A program made the translations under genes and the position numbers. Positions 9,668 to 20,570 of a stretch of DNA of 47,878 bases are shown piece after piece; within the stretch, counting starts at the first letter, position 1, and the number at the start of each line of letters is the position of its first letter. Origin of the DNA: Deltaproteobacteria bacterium (GTDB lineage Bacteria > Desulfobacterota > Syntrophia > Syntrophales > UBA2185); assembly GCA_037143735.1 (NCBI GenBank), contig JBAWYD010000003.1, forward strand, positions 1 through 47,878. The letters run 5' to 3'. The notes beneath the pieces were generated by a model. It was given only the letters and a program-made list of their open reading frames with translations, was not told the DNA's origin and did not search any database.

Positions 9668-10243
9668 TCAGAACTTGACCTGGGGCGCAGCCTTGGCTGC
9701 CGCAGGCGCTTCAAAAAACGGCGCTACCTGGAAACCGAACATCCCCGCCAGCAAATTCGCCGGGAAACTCCTGATGGCCACATTTAATGTCTTGACCGCA
9801 TCATTATAACGCTTTCTCTCAACGGCAATCCGGTTCTCCGTTCCCGCCAGTTCATCCTGAAGCCGGAGGAAATTCTGATTGGACTTGAGATCGGGGTATT
9901 TTTCCACCACGACAAGCAGCCGGCTCAGTGCGCCGGACAACTCGTTATTTGCCTTAATCTTATCGGGTACATTGCCGGCGCCGCCCACTTTCGCTCTCGC
10001 ATTCGTCACCTCGACAAGCACATCTTTTTCCTGTTTGGCATATCCCTTCACCGTTTCAACGAGATTGGGGATCAGGTCATACCGCCGCTGAAGCTGGTTT
10101 TCAACCTGCGCCCAGGAGCTCTTTACGGCTTCGTCGAGAGAAACAAAGGTATTGTAGTTCCCCTTGAAGAAGGAATACAGAGAAAATACAACCACAAGCG
10201 CCACCACAATGGCAATGATCAGATTTCTTTTCCCGCTGGTCAT
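9668..10243 (-). CDS. lemA: LemA family protein
   Basis: WAQVENQLQRRYDLIPNLVETVKGYA, YPDLKSNQNF, LAGTENRIAVER. Confidence 0.95.
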   Translation of the reverse strand: MTSGKRNLIIAIVVALVVVFSLYSFFKGNYNTFVSLDEAVKSSWAQVENQLQRRYDLIPNLVETVKGYAKQEKDVLVEVTNARAKVGGAGNVPDKIKANNELSGALSRLLVVVEKYPDLKSNQNFLRLQDELAGTENRIAVERKRYNDAVKTLNVAIRSFPANLLAGMFGFQVAPFFEAPAAAKAAPQVKF

Positions 10244-10275
10244 GCTGTACCTCCAAATATATGAGATTTTTTTAA

Positions 10276-11007
10276 TTAAATATCCAAACGATCAACCACC
10301 ACGGACAGTTTGGTGATTTCCTTCAGGTAGGCCTCAAAGACGGCCTTCATGTCAGAAGCGGCAATACGGTCGATGCCCTCCTTGATATCAGTACATGTCA
10401 AGAAGATAGCCGGATCAACGGAATACTCCCCGGCGACGGCCTGAATAATCTCTTTCCTGCCCTTGGGGATGTCCATTCCTTTTAAAAACAGGAGGGCTTT
10501 AAACAGGGAGATGAAGGCTGTCAGTGAAATTTTTATCAGTTCCCGAATCGGCTTCGCCCGCCCCTCTGTTTCAAGAAAGCCGCTTCTCAAGTGAAATATC
10601 TTCCCTTTCAGCTCTCTTTCGCACTGTAACCGTAGCGGATAAGCCTTGAAGGATATCCGGCTCAGAATATCCTCGCCATAGACGAGGACATGATTCGCCT
10701 TGATATTGAGAAATTCTATCGGGTATGAATCAAGAGAAGACACCATGTCTTCTTCCGTCATAAAAAGCGGGGTGGCCACCTTCCTCTTTCGCCACCGGGC
10801 GACCGTCTCAAAGGCTTTATCCAGATGATCCATGCCCTCCCCGGTGAGGAGGATAAGAAAATTGATATCCGATTTCCCGGGAATATAATCTCCTGCCGCT
10901 CCGCTTCCATACAGGATCAGAGCAAGTAAATCTTTCCCGAAAATTCCCTTGAAATCCTCCGTAATCGCCGGAAAGATCTCTTCCGGGTTCCTGGGTATTT
11001 TTGCCAT
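10276..11007 (-). CDS. Nucleotidyltransferase-fold (pol-beta-like) protein
   Basis: LYGSGAAGDYIPGKSDINFL, YPIEF, LRLQCERELK. GGAG RBS before ATG 11007. Confidence 0.75.
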   Translation of the reverse strand: MAKIPRNPEEIFPAITEDFKGIFGKDLLALILYGSGAAGDYIPGKSDINFLILLTGEGMDHLDKAFETVARWRKRKVATPLFMTEEDMVSSLDSYPIEFLNIKANHVLVYGEDILSRISFKAYPLRLQCERELKGKIFHLRSGFLETEGRAKPIRELIKISLTAFISLFKALLFLKGMDIPKGRKEIIQAVAGEYSVDPAIFLTCTDIKEGIDRIAASDMKAVFEAYLKEITKLSVVVDRLDI

Positions 11008-11072
11008 TTTCTCACCTGTTATGCGTTCCCCTCCTGCAGTGTGCAAATTCCCGGCAGGGAAGGAACTTATTT

Positions 11073-11870
11073 TTAAAAATCGCCGCCCGCACCGCCGCCG
11101 CCGCTGCCCCCACCCCCGAAGCCTCCGAAACCGCCGCCGCCGAAGCCGCCAAAGCCCCCTCCCCTTCCGCCGCCGCTGCCACTGATGAAAAAAAGCAGCA
11201 ACCAGGGGATCATCTCTCTCCCCTGCCTGGTGCCCAGAATGGGAATCATGATCAAAAGAAGGATAATCAGGGGAATGATATTGCCGCCCCTCCTGGTCTG
11301 TTTTTTTACCGGCTGGTCAGGGGATGGACGTCCTGTGAGAGACACACCGGCGTCTTTCGCTATCACAGTGGATAAGGCCATCATGGCGTTGGAAAGCCCT
11401 TTGCCGTAGTCACCCTGCTTCAAATACGGCGTCACGTATTTGTCGCGAATTTCACCGACCAGACCGTCCGGCAGAATGCCTTCGACGCCGTATCCTGTTT
11501 CGATCCTGAATTTTCTTTCGCCGACAGCAATAAAAATCAGCACCCCCTTGTCTTCACCTTTTTTACCGACTCCCCAAGCCTGGTACAGGCCGTTGACGTA
11601 GTCTTCCGCGTTATTGTCCCCAATGCTTTTTACAGTTGCAACAACAACAGTCGTCCCTGTCTTCTCCAGTACCTCGCGGGCCAGATCTTCCATCCGGGCT
11701 TTGTACTGATCCGGAATCACCCCGGCAAAATCATTGACTGCGCCGACGGGTTTGGGGAAAGTTTCAACCGCCTCCAGAGAAGTAACCGTCAGAAGAAGCG
11801 TCAGGCCACATAATATGAATGGAAGGGTTCTTCTGAAGAAAATTGGACGATGACGTTTTATATCATGCAT
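11073..11870 (-). CDS. TPM domain (YgcG-like) protein with Gly-rich tail
   Basis: [35 protein letters not shown], and a [20 protein letters not shown] tail. The start overlaps the nadD stop. Confidence 0.9.
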   Translation of the reverse strand: MHDIKRHRPIFFRRTLPFILCGLTLLLTVTSLEAVETFPKPVGAVNDFAGVIPDQYKARMEDLAREVLEKTGTTVVVATVKSIGDNNAEDYVNGLYQAWGVGKKGEDKGVLIFIAVGERKFRIETGYGVEGILPDGLVGEIRDKYVTPYLKQGDYGKGLSNAMMALSTVIAKDAGVSLTGRPSPDQPVKKQTRRGGNIIPLIILLLIMIPILGTRQGREMIPWLLLFFISGSGGGRGGGFGGFGGGGFGGFGGGGSGGGGAGGDF

Positions 11871-12513
11871 TTTTGTACAGGTAATTCTTGGCAATATAAT
11901 GCCGGACGGTTTCCGGCACGAGAAATTTAATGGACTTTCCCTGTTTTACCCTCTGCCTGATATCGCTGGATGATATATCCAGGAAGGTGACTTCTCTGAA
12001 AAAAATGACATGACCGGTCGGCCCTCTGAACCCCTTTACGTTATCATCATAGGTAAATCTGGAGGCAAAAGGGGCGGGAAGAATCCCTTCTAAACCTTTG
12101 TTCTCATATCCCGGTCTTGTCATGACAACAAAATTGCAGAGTAGAAGAAGTTTCTCCCATTCCCTCCATGTCTGGATAGCGTGAAAGGCGTCCTGGCCCA
12201 GAATAAAATACAGCTCCAGGTTTTCCATGTATTTTTTCAGAATATATTCGACGGTTTCCACCGAATAGGAGGTGTTTTCCCGTCTTTTTTCCACATCGGA
12301 GAAAGAAAACACCGGGTTCCCCTCAATGGCAAGGGTGATCATCTGCTCCCGATGATGAAAGGATGTGATGTCGCCATGTATTTTGTGTGGAGGTTTTGAG
12401 GCGGGAATAAAGATGATCCTGTTGAGATCGAAAATTTCCAGTATTTCCTCGGCGCACCTCAGGTGACCGGTGTGTATCGGATCAAACGTGCCTCCCAGTA
12501 ATCCCCATTTCAT
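11863..12513 (-). CDS. nadD: Nicotinate-nucleotide adenylyltransferase
   Basis: [27 protein letters not shown]. Confidence 0.95.
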   Translation of the reverse strand: MKWGLLGGTFDPIHTGHLRCAEEILEIFDLNRIIFIPASKPPHKIHGDITSFHHREQMITLAIEGNPVFSFSDVEKRRENTSYSVETVEYILKKYMENLELYFILGQDAFHAIQTWREWEKLLLLCNFVVMTRPGYENKGLEGILPAPFASRFTYDDNVKGFRGPTGHVIFFREVTFLDISSSDIRQRVKQGKSIKFLVPETVRHYIAKNYLYKNA

Positions 12514-13772
12514 GTTCTCACCTGTCCATTTCCATAAATGATAAATTTGGTCGTTGTCAGCTCTTCCAATCCCATGGGCCCGTAAGCGTGCAGCTTCGTC
12601 GTGCTGATTCCGATCTCCGCACCGAGGCCCAGCTCAAAACCGTCGCTGAAGCGGGTCGAGGCATTAACAAGAACCGTGGAAGAGTTCACATCATTCAGAA
12701 ACCGCTGGGCATTCTCATAATTGCCGGTAATGATGGATTCCGTATGCAGGGAACCATACTTTTCGATGTGGTTGACGGCCTCATCCATGCCGCTTACGAT
12801 GCGAACGGATAGAATGAGATCAAGGTATTCACGGTACCAGTCGTCCTCTTGCGCCTTCTCAACATCCGGCAGGATGGACCGTGTTTTATCGCAACCCTTC
12901 AAAACGACGCCGGCTTCCCGAAAACGGCTTGCCATGACGGGCAGGAAACCGCCGGCGATATCCTGATGAACAAGGAGGGTCTCCATGGCATTACAGACCC
13001 CCGGGCGCTGGGTCTTCGCATTCATGCATAACTTTATGGCCATATCAACATCGGCGCTCGCATCCACAAAGATGTGACAGACCCCTTTGTAGTGCTTGAT
13101 CACGGGGATCTTTGATTCGTTCACCACGGCCCTGATCAGATCCTCTCCCCCGCGGGGAATGATCAGATCAATATGTTCATTGAGTTGCAGCATTTCGCGG
13201 ACCGCTTCCCTGTCGGTTGTCTGGATGACCTGGATGGCTTCTTCCGGCACTGCTTCCTCTCTCAGGGAACTCTGGAGGATACGGGCAATGGCGATATTTG
13301 AGTGTATTGCCTCGGAGCCCCCCCTTAATATCACGGCGTTCCCTGATTTCAAACAGAGGGCTGCGGCATCCGCTGTCACATTGGGACGGGCTTCATAAAT
13401 GATGCCGATAACACCGAGGGGAATTCTCATCTTCCCGACGAGCAAGCCGTTGGGCCTACGCCACATGGAGGTGATTTTTCCCACCGGGTCGGGGAGTGCG
13501 GCCACTTCCCGCAGACCCGTCGCCATAGCCAGGACGGTGCTTTCTTTCAACGTGAGCCTGTCCATCATCGATGCGGAAAGACCCTTATCCCTCGCATGAT
13601 CGAGATCCTTTTCATTTTCCCGGATCAGGGCATCCGTCTGCCTGATCAGTTCATCCGCCATATGGAGAAGCGCCCTGTTCTTTACATCCGTGGAAAGGCG
13701 CGCCAGTTTACCGGCGGCTCTTTTTGCGTTTTCCGCGATTTCAATCACGTAAGACCTGACATCCATGATCAT
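12510..13772 (-). CDS. proA: Glutamate-5-semialdehyde dehydrogenase (gamma-glutamyl phosphate reductase)
   Basis: [52 protein letters not shown]. Confidence 0.97.
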   Translation of the reverse strand: MIMDVRSYVIEIAENAKRAAGKLARLSTDVKNRALLHMADELIRQTDALIRENEKDLDHARDKGLSASMMDRLTLKESTVLAMATGLREVAALPDPVGKITSMWRRPNGLLVGKMRIPLGVIGIIYEARPNVTADAAALCLKSGNAVILRGGSEAIHSNIAIARILQSSLREEAVPEEAIQVIQTTDREAVREMLQLNEHIDLIIPRGGEDLIRAVVNESKIPVIKHYKGVCHIFVDASADVDMAIKLCMNAKTQRPGVCNAMETLLVHQDIAGGFLPVMASRFREAGVVLKGCDKTRSILPDVEKAQEDDWYREYLDLILSVRIVSGMDEAVNHIEKYGSLHTESIITGNYENAQRFLNDVNSSTVLVNASTRFSDGFELGLGAEIGISTTKLHAYGPMGLEELTTTKFIIYGNGQVRT

Positions 13773-13889
13773 TTATTCCTCAATCAATGCCGTGTTTCCT
13801 TATCCCTGCCAACAATAGAGATTGACAAAACGGGCCATGTTTAGGTATGAACCGCAAGTTGATAAAAACATATTATTGCTGTTTAATTT

Positions 13890-13918
13890 ACTTTACCCAA
13901 CGTCTTATATAGTGTCAA
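13890..13918 (-). promoter_or_regulatory. sigma70-type promoter for the proA-nadD-TPM-NT-lemA run
   Basis: TTGACA-17 bp-TAAAGT on the minus strand. Confidence 0.55.
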
Positions 13919-13955
13919 GGTCATTTGATGTTTTTTCATGTCATAGTCATCAGCA

Positions 13956-15023
13956 ATGGATAGTATCCGCATAAAAGCTGGAAAGCGGGCCTGTGAGGTG
14001 ATAAGGGACGGCGGCTTTCACTTTGACCGCGTCACGACCTGCTTCGCCCCCGCAACAGGCCCGAGATGGCTCGTCGCGACGGGTTTTGACCTGACCCTCC
14101 TGAAAAGCGGTCTTCTCGAACATTCAAGGCCTGTCACGCTGATTGGCGCATCGGCCGGCGCATGGCGATTTGCCGCATGGGTACAACCGGAGCCCGAAAA
14201 GAGCTATCGCACCCTCATGGACGCCTACATCACGACTTCCTACAAAAGAACGGAAACACCGGCGACCATCCTTAAGTCCATGCAGGACATCATGAATACC
14301 TATCTTGAAGATGATGCACTGCCCTTTGCCCTGGCCAACAAGAAATACCGCCTTGCCATCATCACCGCCCGTGCAAAAAACCTCGTGTCTTCAGAAACAA
14401 AATGGGTACAGCAGATCGGCCTCGGGATTTGCTTTCTGTTAAATGCCGTCAATCGATCCCATCTCTACCACTTTGCAGAACGGGTGGTATTTTACAACGG
14501 GCCCAAACCTCCACACTTCTGCCTGAGACCGGATTTCCGGGGCCGGTTCATCCCGTTAACGGAGATCAATTTCAAGCATGCCGTCATGGCGTCCGGCGCT
14601 ATTCCCGTGGTCATCGCGGGAGTCAGGAATATCTACGGAGCGCCCACCGGCGTCTATCGGGACGGCGGTCTGATCGACTATCACCTGACCCAGCATTACG
14701 CGCCAAAAGACGACGACATTACCCTGTTTTTCAACCACCAGGAGCGCATCGTTCCCGGCTGGCTGGATAAGAAGCTGTCCTACCGCCGTCCACCGGATCA
14801 TATTCTGGACAACGTCCTCATGGCGTATCCTTCCGAGGACTTCATCGCCAGGCTGCCGGGAGGGAAAGTACCGGACAGGGATGATTTTAAAACCTTCATA
14901 GATCACCCTGCCACACGGATCGAAAATTGGCGTCAGTCCGTTCAACTGGCTGAACCCCTGGGAGAACAATTCCTGGAGCTTGTGGAAAGCGGAAAAATCA
15001 GGGATGTCGTTACGAGCTTCTGA
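13956..15023 (+). CDS. Patatin-like phospholipase family protein
   Basis: GASAG nucleophile elbow, ASGAIP, and a catalytic DGG (YRDGGLIDYH). Confidence 0.8.
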   Translation: MDSIRIKAGKRACEVIRDGGFHFDRVTTCFAPATGPRWLVATGFDLTLLKSGLLEHSRPVTLIGASAGAWRFAAWVQPEPEKSYRTLMDAYITTSYKRTETPATILKSMQDIMNTYLEDDALPFALANKKYRLAIITARAKNLVSSETKWVQQIGLGICFLLNAVNRSHLYHFAERVVFYNGPKPPHFCLRPDFRGRFIPLTEINFKHAVMASGAIPVVIAGVRNIYGAPTGVYRDGGLIDYHLTQHYAPKDDDITLFFNHQERIVPGWLDKKLSYRRPPDHILDNVLMAYPSEDFIARLPGGKVPDRDDFKTFIDHPATRIENWRQSVQLAEPLGEQFLELVESGKIRDVVTSF

Positions 15024-15915
15024 CGGCCCCGGCTACAGATTTCATCATCTGCCTGAAAACCCCTTCCAGGATTTCCGGGGCAATGAGGTAGTCCGGATAG
15101 TCCCGGACGAACAGGGCCGTCATTTCCTTTCCTGCAGCGTCTATATCACCGCCGTGGCGGCGACAGCAAGTCTCGAAACGCCCCTTCCACTTCCGGCCCT
15201 CTTCAATGGTTATACCGACGAAACCGGCCGCCTCCTTCCCCGTGATGTATCCGTAATGATCGGCACAGACGCAGGCAACGGGAAGGGGTTTCAGCTTCAG
15301 CAGGCTGTGGAGATACTGATTCACGTCGGTATTCATGGAAGGGAAGGTCATGTCTCTGTACGCGACCCCGATTGCGTCGGAAGCAAACAGAAGCCCCTCG
15401 TCCGCTTCATACGCCGTGATGGAACAATGGGAATGTCCCGGTGTATCCATGATCCCCAGAACGACACCGCCCATATCGATCCGGTCTCCTTCACCGACTG
15501 CCGTTCCCCCGACGTCGCCGCGCCAGTCCATGTCGTAGGCGTCGAGAACACGTTCAACGCCCACCCACTTCGCGCTGATCCGGCTGAAGCGGTTCATGAC
15601 CTCCATCGCTTTCGGCATGGCGAATACCTTCAATGCCGGCGCAGATGCGTAAAACGTGATGTCAGGGCGGGTTCGTCTGAAATAAGGCGCGATGCCCGCG
15701 TGGTCGAAATGGGAGTGAAGGATGAGGATTTTTTTGATTTTCTGTGCGTCTATTTTAAAATCCTTCAACTGCGCGAGCACGTCGGGGAGGATGAAACTGA
15801 AGCCCCCGTTAATCATGATGGAGCAGTCCCTGCCTTCAAGGATATAGACCCCCGACTCTTCGCGTCCCAGGTACCAGAGCCGATCATTGATCTTGCCTGC
15901 CTTGCGTATCCTCAT
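15010..15915 (-). CDS. MBL-fold metallo-hydrolase
   Basis: HSHFDH, TPGHS, ASDA, DHYG. The start could extend to TTG 15939. Confidence 0.85.
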   Translation of the reverse strand: MRIRKAGKINDRLWYLGREESGVYILEGRDCSIMINGGFSFILPDVLAQLKDFKIDAQKIKKILILHSHFDHAGIAPYFRRTRPDITFYASAPALKVFAMPKAMEVMNRFSRISAKWVGVERVLDAYDMDWRGDVGGTAVGEGDRIDMGGVVLGIMDTPGHSHCSITAYEADEGLLFASDAIGVAYRDMTFPSMNTDVNQYLHSLLKLKPLPVACVCADHYGYITGKEAAGFVGITIEEGRKWKGRFETCCRRHGGDIDAAGKEMTALFVRDYPDYLIAPEILEGVFRQMMKSVAGAVRSS

Positions 15916-15965
15916 AAAAACATCCTTCTTTATCGACAATCGCCATAAAAGAAAGCGATATCCTC

Positions 15966-17228
15966 TTATAAATAACGAACCTTTTCCCGTTTGTCCGGAT
16001 AACGCTGCTGGATGAAGTGAATAAATTCAAGACAGGAGAAGAAGATCGCGATCAGATCCGGATCGAATTGGCTTCCCGCCCCTTCCTCAAGGATTTCAAG
16101 AACCTTTGTTTCATCCCAGGCTTCCTTGTAAGTCCGGTCAGACATGAGTGCATCGTACACATCGGCAATGGCAACGATCCGTCCGAAGAGGGGTATCTCG
16201 TCGCGGGACTTTCCCAGTGCCTGTCCGCCGGGGGTCGTATATCCCGCCATGGGCAACGCCGTCCGGATATCCACATGTCCTGGATATCCTTTTCCGTCCC
16301 AGCGCTCATGGTGGTTCAGGGAAACATCCGCCGCGGCTTTATCAAATGCAGAGAACCCGTCCATAAACAGCCTGGCCCCCAGGATCGTATGCTGCTTCAT
16401 GATGACGTATTCCTCTTCCGTAAATTTTGCGGGCTTTTTCAAAATGACATCCGATATGGCGACCTTACCCACGTCGTGAAGCATGGCGGCCATCCTTAAA
16501 ATGTCCCGGTTTTCCGTGATTTCCTTTACATCAACATTTCTGTTTTTTGCCCATCGTTCATAGATCTCGATGGCATAACTGGCCACCCGATTGACATGGG
16601 TCCCTGTTTCATGGGGATCCCTCATCTCCGCCATCCGGACTGTCCGGAGGATGAGATCCCGGGTCAGCTGGGCTCGCTCAAGGGCGATCGCCGCCGCATT
16701 GGCAAAATGGACGAGCATCCGCTCCTCTTCCGGCAAAAAAGAGATCCCTTTGCCATGTTCATCCTGAGCGTTGATGATCTGAAGGACGCCAATCACATCA
16801 CACTGGGCGGTATTGAGAGGAACGGTAAGAACGGACTGCGTTGAATAACCGATCCGTTCATCGAAGCTCTGGTTGAAGTGGTATGGGACGGTCGCCGGCA
16901 ACCTTTTGACGTCGGGGATGTTGAGAATATTGCCCGTTTTTGCAACGAAGCCCGCAATGCTGTTTTTATCGATGGGGATGGTGAAGTTTGCGTAGGCGAG
17001 TTTTTCATTCGGCGGCAGCCTCTGCTGGAGGGTATCGTTCTGAGTGTAAGAAAAGATGAGGGTTTCTCGGTCTTTGAGATATATGGATCCTGCGTCCGCA
17101 TTCACAAAACGCCTGGCCTCCGTCAGGATGTGTTCCATCAGGATATCGAGATCCTTGGAGTGGCCAAGTTCTATACTCAGGCGGAGCAACGTATCCAGTT
17201 TTTCACTCTCTGTCAGCATGCGAGGCAT
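15966..17228 (-). CDS. GAF + HD-GYP cyclic dinucleotide phosphodiesterase
   Basis: GAF region (ADAGSIYL, SIAGFVA, GVLQIIN), then ETGTHVNRV, HDVGK, HHERWDGKGYP, ADVYDAL. Start uncertain (17219/17228/17303). Confidence 0.88.
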   Translation of the reverse strand: MPRMLTESEKLDTLLRLSIELGHSKDLDILMEHILTEARRFVNADAGSIYLKDRETLIFSYTQNDTLQQRLPPNEKLAYANFTIPIDKNSIAGFVAKTGNILNIPDVKRLPATVPYHFNQSFDERIGYSTQSVLTVPLNTAQCDVIGVLQIINAQDEHGKGISFLPEEERMLVHFANAAAIALERAQLTRDLILRTVRMAEMRDPHETGTHVNRVASYAIEIYERWAKNRNVDVKEITENRDILRMAAMLHDVGKVAISDVILKKPAKFTEEEYVIMKQHTILGARLFMDGFSAFDKAAADVSLNHHERWDGKGYPGHVDIRTALPMAGYTTPGGQALGKSRDEIPLFGRIVAIADVYDALMSDRTYKEAWDETKVLEILEEGAGSQFDPDLIAIFFSCLEFIHFIQQRYPDKREKVRYL

Positions 17229-17575
17229 TCTCCATTTTGGCGCGGTGGTCCGGACGTCCCCGGCCCTCTCGCGAGAGAGGTTATCATTGAGGAACGGCGC
17301 CATCCCGGTCTCAGTTTATTAGAGCATAGACCCATGTCGACGTAAAGCTTTTTTTGGGATGAGGTTGATGTGTGATTTCAATCCGTTATCAATGATGTCA
17401 TTTCCTTGAAATTTATGATATGAACATGCCGATCTGATATCAGGTTCTGTAGGGAGAAACAGTACTACTCGACTCAAGGAATGGTGTTTTTTAAACTAAA
17501 GACCTCTCAAGACTTCGTGTCGCAATATATCACTCTCAAGAGTTCCACAAGAGTTCCCGGGACCATAAGGATTTA

Positions 17576-19288
17576 ATGACACTTCTTAACCGACAATGGC
17601 AGTCTGTAGCCGGAACTAGGCATGTCCGCATTTACCCCTACCTCCGGAAACCTGACGTCCTGTCCTCTAATACCTTTCTTATCGAAACGCCGGAACAGCT
17701 CACCCTCATCGATCCGGGGGCAATGGAGGATCAATCACGGGAAATAGAAACGATCGTCCGGAACCTCTTCCTCGAAAAACCCCGCGCCGTTCTGATCTAT
17801 CTGACTCATTGCCATATCGATCACGCCTTCCATGTTCCCCGTTATCTTGCCATACGAGATCAGATCCCTGTCTGGGTTGCCGTGCACCATGACGCTGTAG
17901 AAACCATGATCACCGGTGATCCGAAAAGGACCATTTCGGAATTATATGGTTTTGATTACCCTTGTTTTTCCCCGGATATTTCCCTGCTGCCGCCTCATGT
18001 CCGGGACTCTCTCATGGCCAGGGAGATTTATCTGCCCGACCAGACCCGCATTCCCGTGGAGACGGTGCGTCTTGAAACAACCATCGATGTGCCTTTCTAC
18101 AGGAAGCGCCTGCCTCTGGGCGGCGGAGACGTCCTTGAATGGTTCCCTACCCCCGGTCATAGTCCGGACAGCGTCTGCCTCAGGGTTGGAGAACTTCTGT
18201 TCATCGGCGATATTCTGGCTGCCGTCAATCCAATGGTCGCAGGCATCAGCGGGTGGTCTCAACATGATTATATCCATTCTGCAACCCATCTCATCTGGCT
18301 TTTGGAAAATACCGATATCGCCTGGTGTTGTCCCGGCCACGGCGGTGTGATCTCCTCCCCGCAGGTCATAGATTTTCTCAGAAAGATGCGCTCACAGGCC
18401 GCGCGTCTGGGCGATATCGCAAAAATGGATGCCCGGCGTCTTCGGTACACCACGGAACACGCCTTGGAAATCCTGATAGAGGCCGAAGAGGTTTTTTCCA
18501 CCATTGCCGGTCGCCTCTACTATCTCGCCTATCATCTGGAAAATCTCGAAGAGGAGGATCTCGCCCAGCACTACCGGCAATGCTTGGAAGCAGACAAAAT
18601 CGACGAGTGCCTGCTGAACTTGCGTCTCTTAGCCGATGATTTCCATGCCGGGAAAAAGCTGGAAGTGGAATTCGCCCATCGTGCATTAGGGATCATTCAA
18701 AAGGTACGGATCCTCTTTGATCAGGAAAGGCTCCGCGCCGTTATCCCCGTCACCCTTCTGCATAGGGCAAATCTGCTGTTGATGGATTTTATCAACGCGA
18801 CGAAGGGGTGCAGGAATCTCGATGACATCGTCGCTGCGGATCTCAATCAGCTCATGGAAGACATTCTTCTGGATCTCAAAAAGTCACCCCATGATGACGA
18901 TGCCATCCTGGACGCCGCCAATGACAAGGAGCAATTCCTGGCTGCCCTCGTTTCCCGGATTGTCTACGTCCCACTTTTTGAGGATGTCAAGATTACCTTC
19001 ACGCCCCAAAGTGATCTTCCTCTGACCCGTATTGCCGCTGCCCGTTTTTCCGATACCCTGACCGATTTCCTGGGCCTCCTAACAGTACGAGACTGCAATG
19101 AAATATGCCTTTCCACTGCATGGGAGGATGACCACGGCGAAATACAGGTTTTATGCCCGGGGAAAAACATCAAGGACACTGTAGGCGAGGCAAAGTGGAA
19201 CTCGTTTGCCAGACGTTTCGGGATGTGTGGTTTGGAACTGTCCGCGCAGGGACAGCGCCTGCACCTGTGGAAGATGGGTTGCCGATGA
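17576..19288 (+). CDS. MBL-fold hydrolase fused to a helical region and a degenerate histidine-kinase-like ATPase region
   Basis: THCHIDH, TPGHSPD, FIGD, PGHG. The C-terminal DLNQLMEDIL...DLPLTRIAAARFSDTL resembles the entry to a HATPase_c domain (weak). Confidence 0.7.
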   Translation: MTLLNRQWQSVAGTRHVRIYPYLRKPDVLSSNTFLIETPEQLTLIDPGAMEDQSREIETIVRNLFLEKPRAVLIYLTHCHIDHAFHVPRYLAIRDQIPVWVAVHHDAVETMITGDPKRTISELYGFDYPCFSPDISLLPPHVRDSLMAREIYLPDQTRIPVETVRLETTIDVPFYRKRLPLGGGDVLEWFPTPGHSPDSVCLRVGELLFIGDILAAVNPMVAGISGWSQHDYIHSATHLIWLLENTDIAWCCPGHGGVISSPQVIDFLRKMRSQAARLGDIAKMDARRLRYTTEHALEILIEAEEVFSTIAGRLYYLAYHLENLEEEDLAQHYRQCLEADKIDECLLNLRLLADDFHAGKKLEVEFAHRALGIIQKVRILFDQERLRAVIPVTLLHRANLLLMDFINATKGCRNLDDIVAADLNQLMEDILLDLKKSPHDDDAILDAANDKEQFLAALVSRIVYVPLFEDVKITFTPQSDLPLTRIAAARFSDTLTDFLGLLTVRDCNEICLSTAWEDDHGEIQVLCPGKNIKDTVGEAKWNSFARRFGMCGLELSAQGQRLHLWKMGCR

Positions 19289-19305
19289 TTGTGCGGGAAG
19301 CCGCC

Positions 19306-20559
19306 TCAACCCAACGCCCCGTTCCAGACCTCAAAAGCGTAATCGCCGTTTTCGGAGGGTTTGAAAACCGACACATACGTCAGGACGTGCCAGCCGATAA
19401 ACTCCCTGTTTGCCGGGTCATAAGCAACTTTGTTCCATGTTTTCCGCCACGTGCCGGTGTTGAAGTATATCTTGTCGTGGGTCGCGCCGCTGCCTGTGGG
19501 TACCTGATCCAGGGGAATGATGAGGTGATCGTGGGTATGACCGTACAGGACATAGGACGCTTCGCGGCTGCGCACCCTGGGTTCGGCGAGGGCGTGTTTG
19601 GCGTATTCCTTGTCCCCCAAGCCGGGCATGAACCGCTTCAGCATATCCGCAACGTCTTCCAGAATGAATTTGGAGATACGGGAGGACAGGTGCAACGCCG
19701 CTTCCAGTTGATCGATGGCGTCGGGCCAGAAGGGGACGTCCATTTTTTTGATGAAGGGAATCTCGAAAAGCTCGTCAACGCACCGGGTCCATGTCTCTTC
19801 GATGATCCTCCGGACATGGGCGTTCTCCACACGGTTCATGACCATGAGAACCCAGGAAGGCGCGTCGAGGAGAGGACGGATGTTGTCCAGCTCCTTGAGA
19901 AGTTGTACGATGTCGTCCTGTTCCACCTTGGGAATCGGATTTGTTTCTTTCAGCCCCTTCCTCACTTCTTCGGGGAATTTGTTCAAAAGCTCGATGACGA
20001 CGGCATCGCCGACGGATGAATCATCGCGGTTTCCCCTGTGGTTGAACTTGTCGTATATATCCCCGTGGCGAGCGAAGGCGCTGTAATCCGGTTCGAACAG
20101 TTCGGTGGGAAACGGGTCATTGCCCCGGGTGATGCCGAGGGATCTTGCGACAATGTCCCGGCAGGACGCGTAGCGGTTGATCAGCCAGTCGTGGTTGCCG
20201 ATGACGTAGGTCGTCTGGAATCCGCCTGCCATTTGCCCAGTCAATTCCTCCAGCGAACGTACGTATTCAATGGATTTTTCGTTATTGCTGAGGATGCCCT
20301 GAAGAATTTTTGACACGACCGCTTCCTGTTCAGGACCGGCAGGGTCCCAGGGGCGTACGGTGCCGGTAAGCCATTCCGTGGAGCGGATGAGGTCGAAAAT
20401 ATCCCCGAGGAGCACCACCTTGATCTCCTGAACGGGATTGTTTTTCACACTCTCGATCAGCTTCTTCAGATTCTCGGAAAACACCCTGAAGGCCGTTGAC
20501 TTGATGGTTTCACCAGAAGTGCCGTCTGTAAAATGGACGTCGCTTAGAAATACCAGCAT
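19306..20559 (-). CDS. Calcineurin-like metallophosphoesterase
   Basis: SDVH, LGDIFD, GNHD, HGD, GHTH, NTGTW. Confidence 0.85.
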   Translation of the reverse strand: MLVFLSDVHFTDGTSGETIKSTAFRVFSENLKKLIESVKNNPVQEIKVVLLGDIFDLIRSTEWLTGTVRPWDPAGPEQEAVVSKILQGILSNNEKSIEYVRSLEELTGQMAGGFQTTYVIGNHDWLINRYASCRDIVARSLGITRGNDPFPTELFEPDYSAFARHGDIYDKFNHRGNRDDSSVGDAVVIELLNKFPEEVRKGLKETNPIPKVEQDDIVQLLKELDNIRPLLDAPSWVLMVMNRVENAHVRRIIEETWTRCVDELFEIPFIKKMDVPFWPDAIDQLEAALHLSSRISKFILEDVADMLKRFMPGLGDKEYAKHALAEPRVRSREASYVLYGHTHDHLIIPLDQVPTGSGATHDKIYFNTGTWRKTWNKVAYDPANREFIGWHVLTYVSVFKPSENGDYAFEVWNGALG

Positions 20560-20570
20560 GGCTCTCCTCC

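Noticed and set aside
11078-11181. GC-rich (CCG)n-like low-complexity repeat
   Set aside because: It encodes the Gly-rich tail of the TPM protein.
13956-20559. Patatin plus phosphodiesterases as a CBASS/Pycsar-like defence system
   Set aside because: No CD-NTase or cyclase in the block, the genes are on mixed strands, and the NT-fold gene at 10276 sits in the LemA/TPM group.
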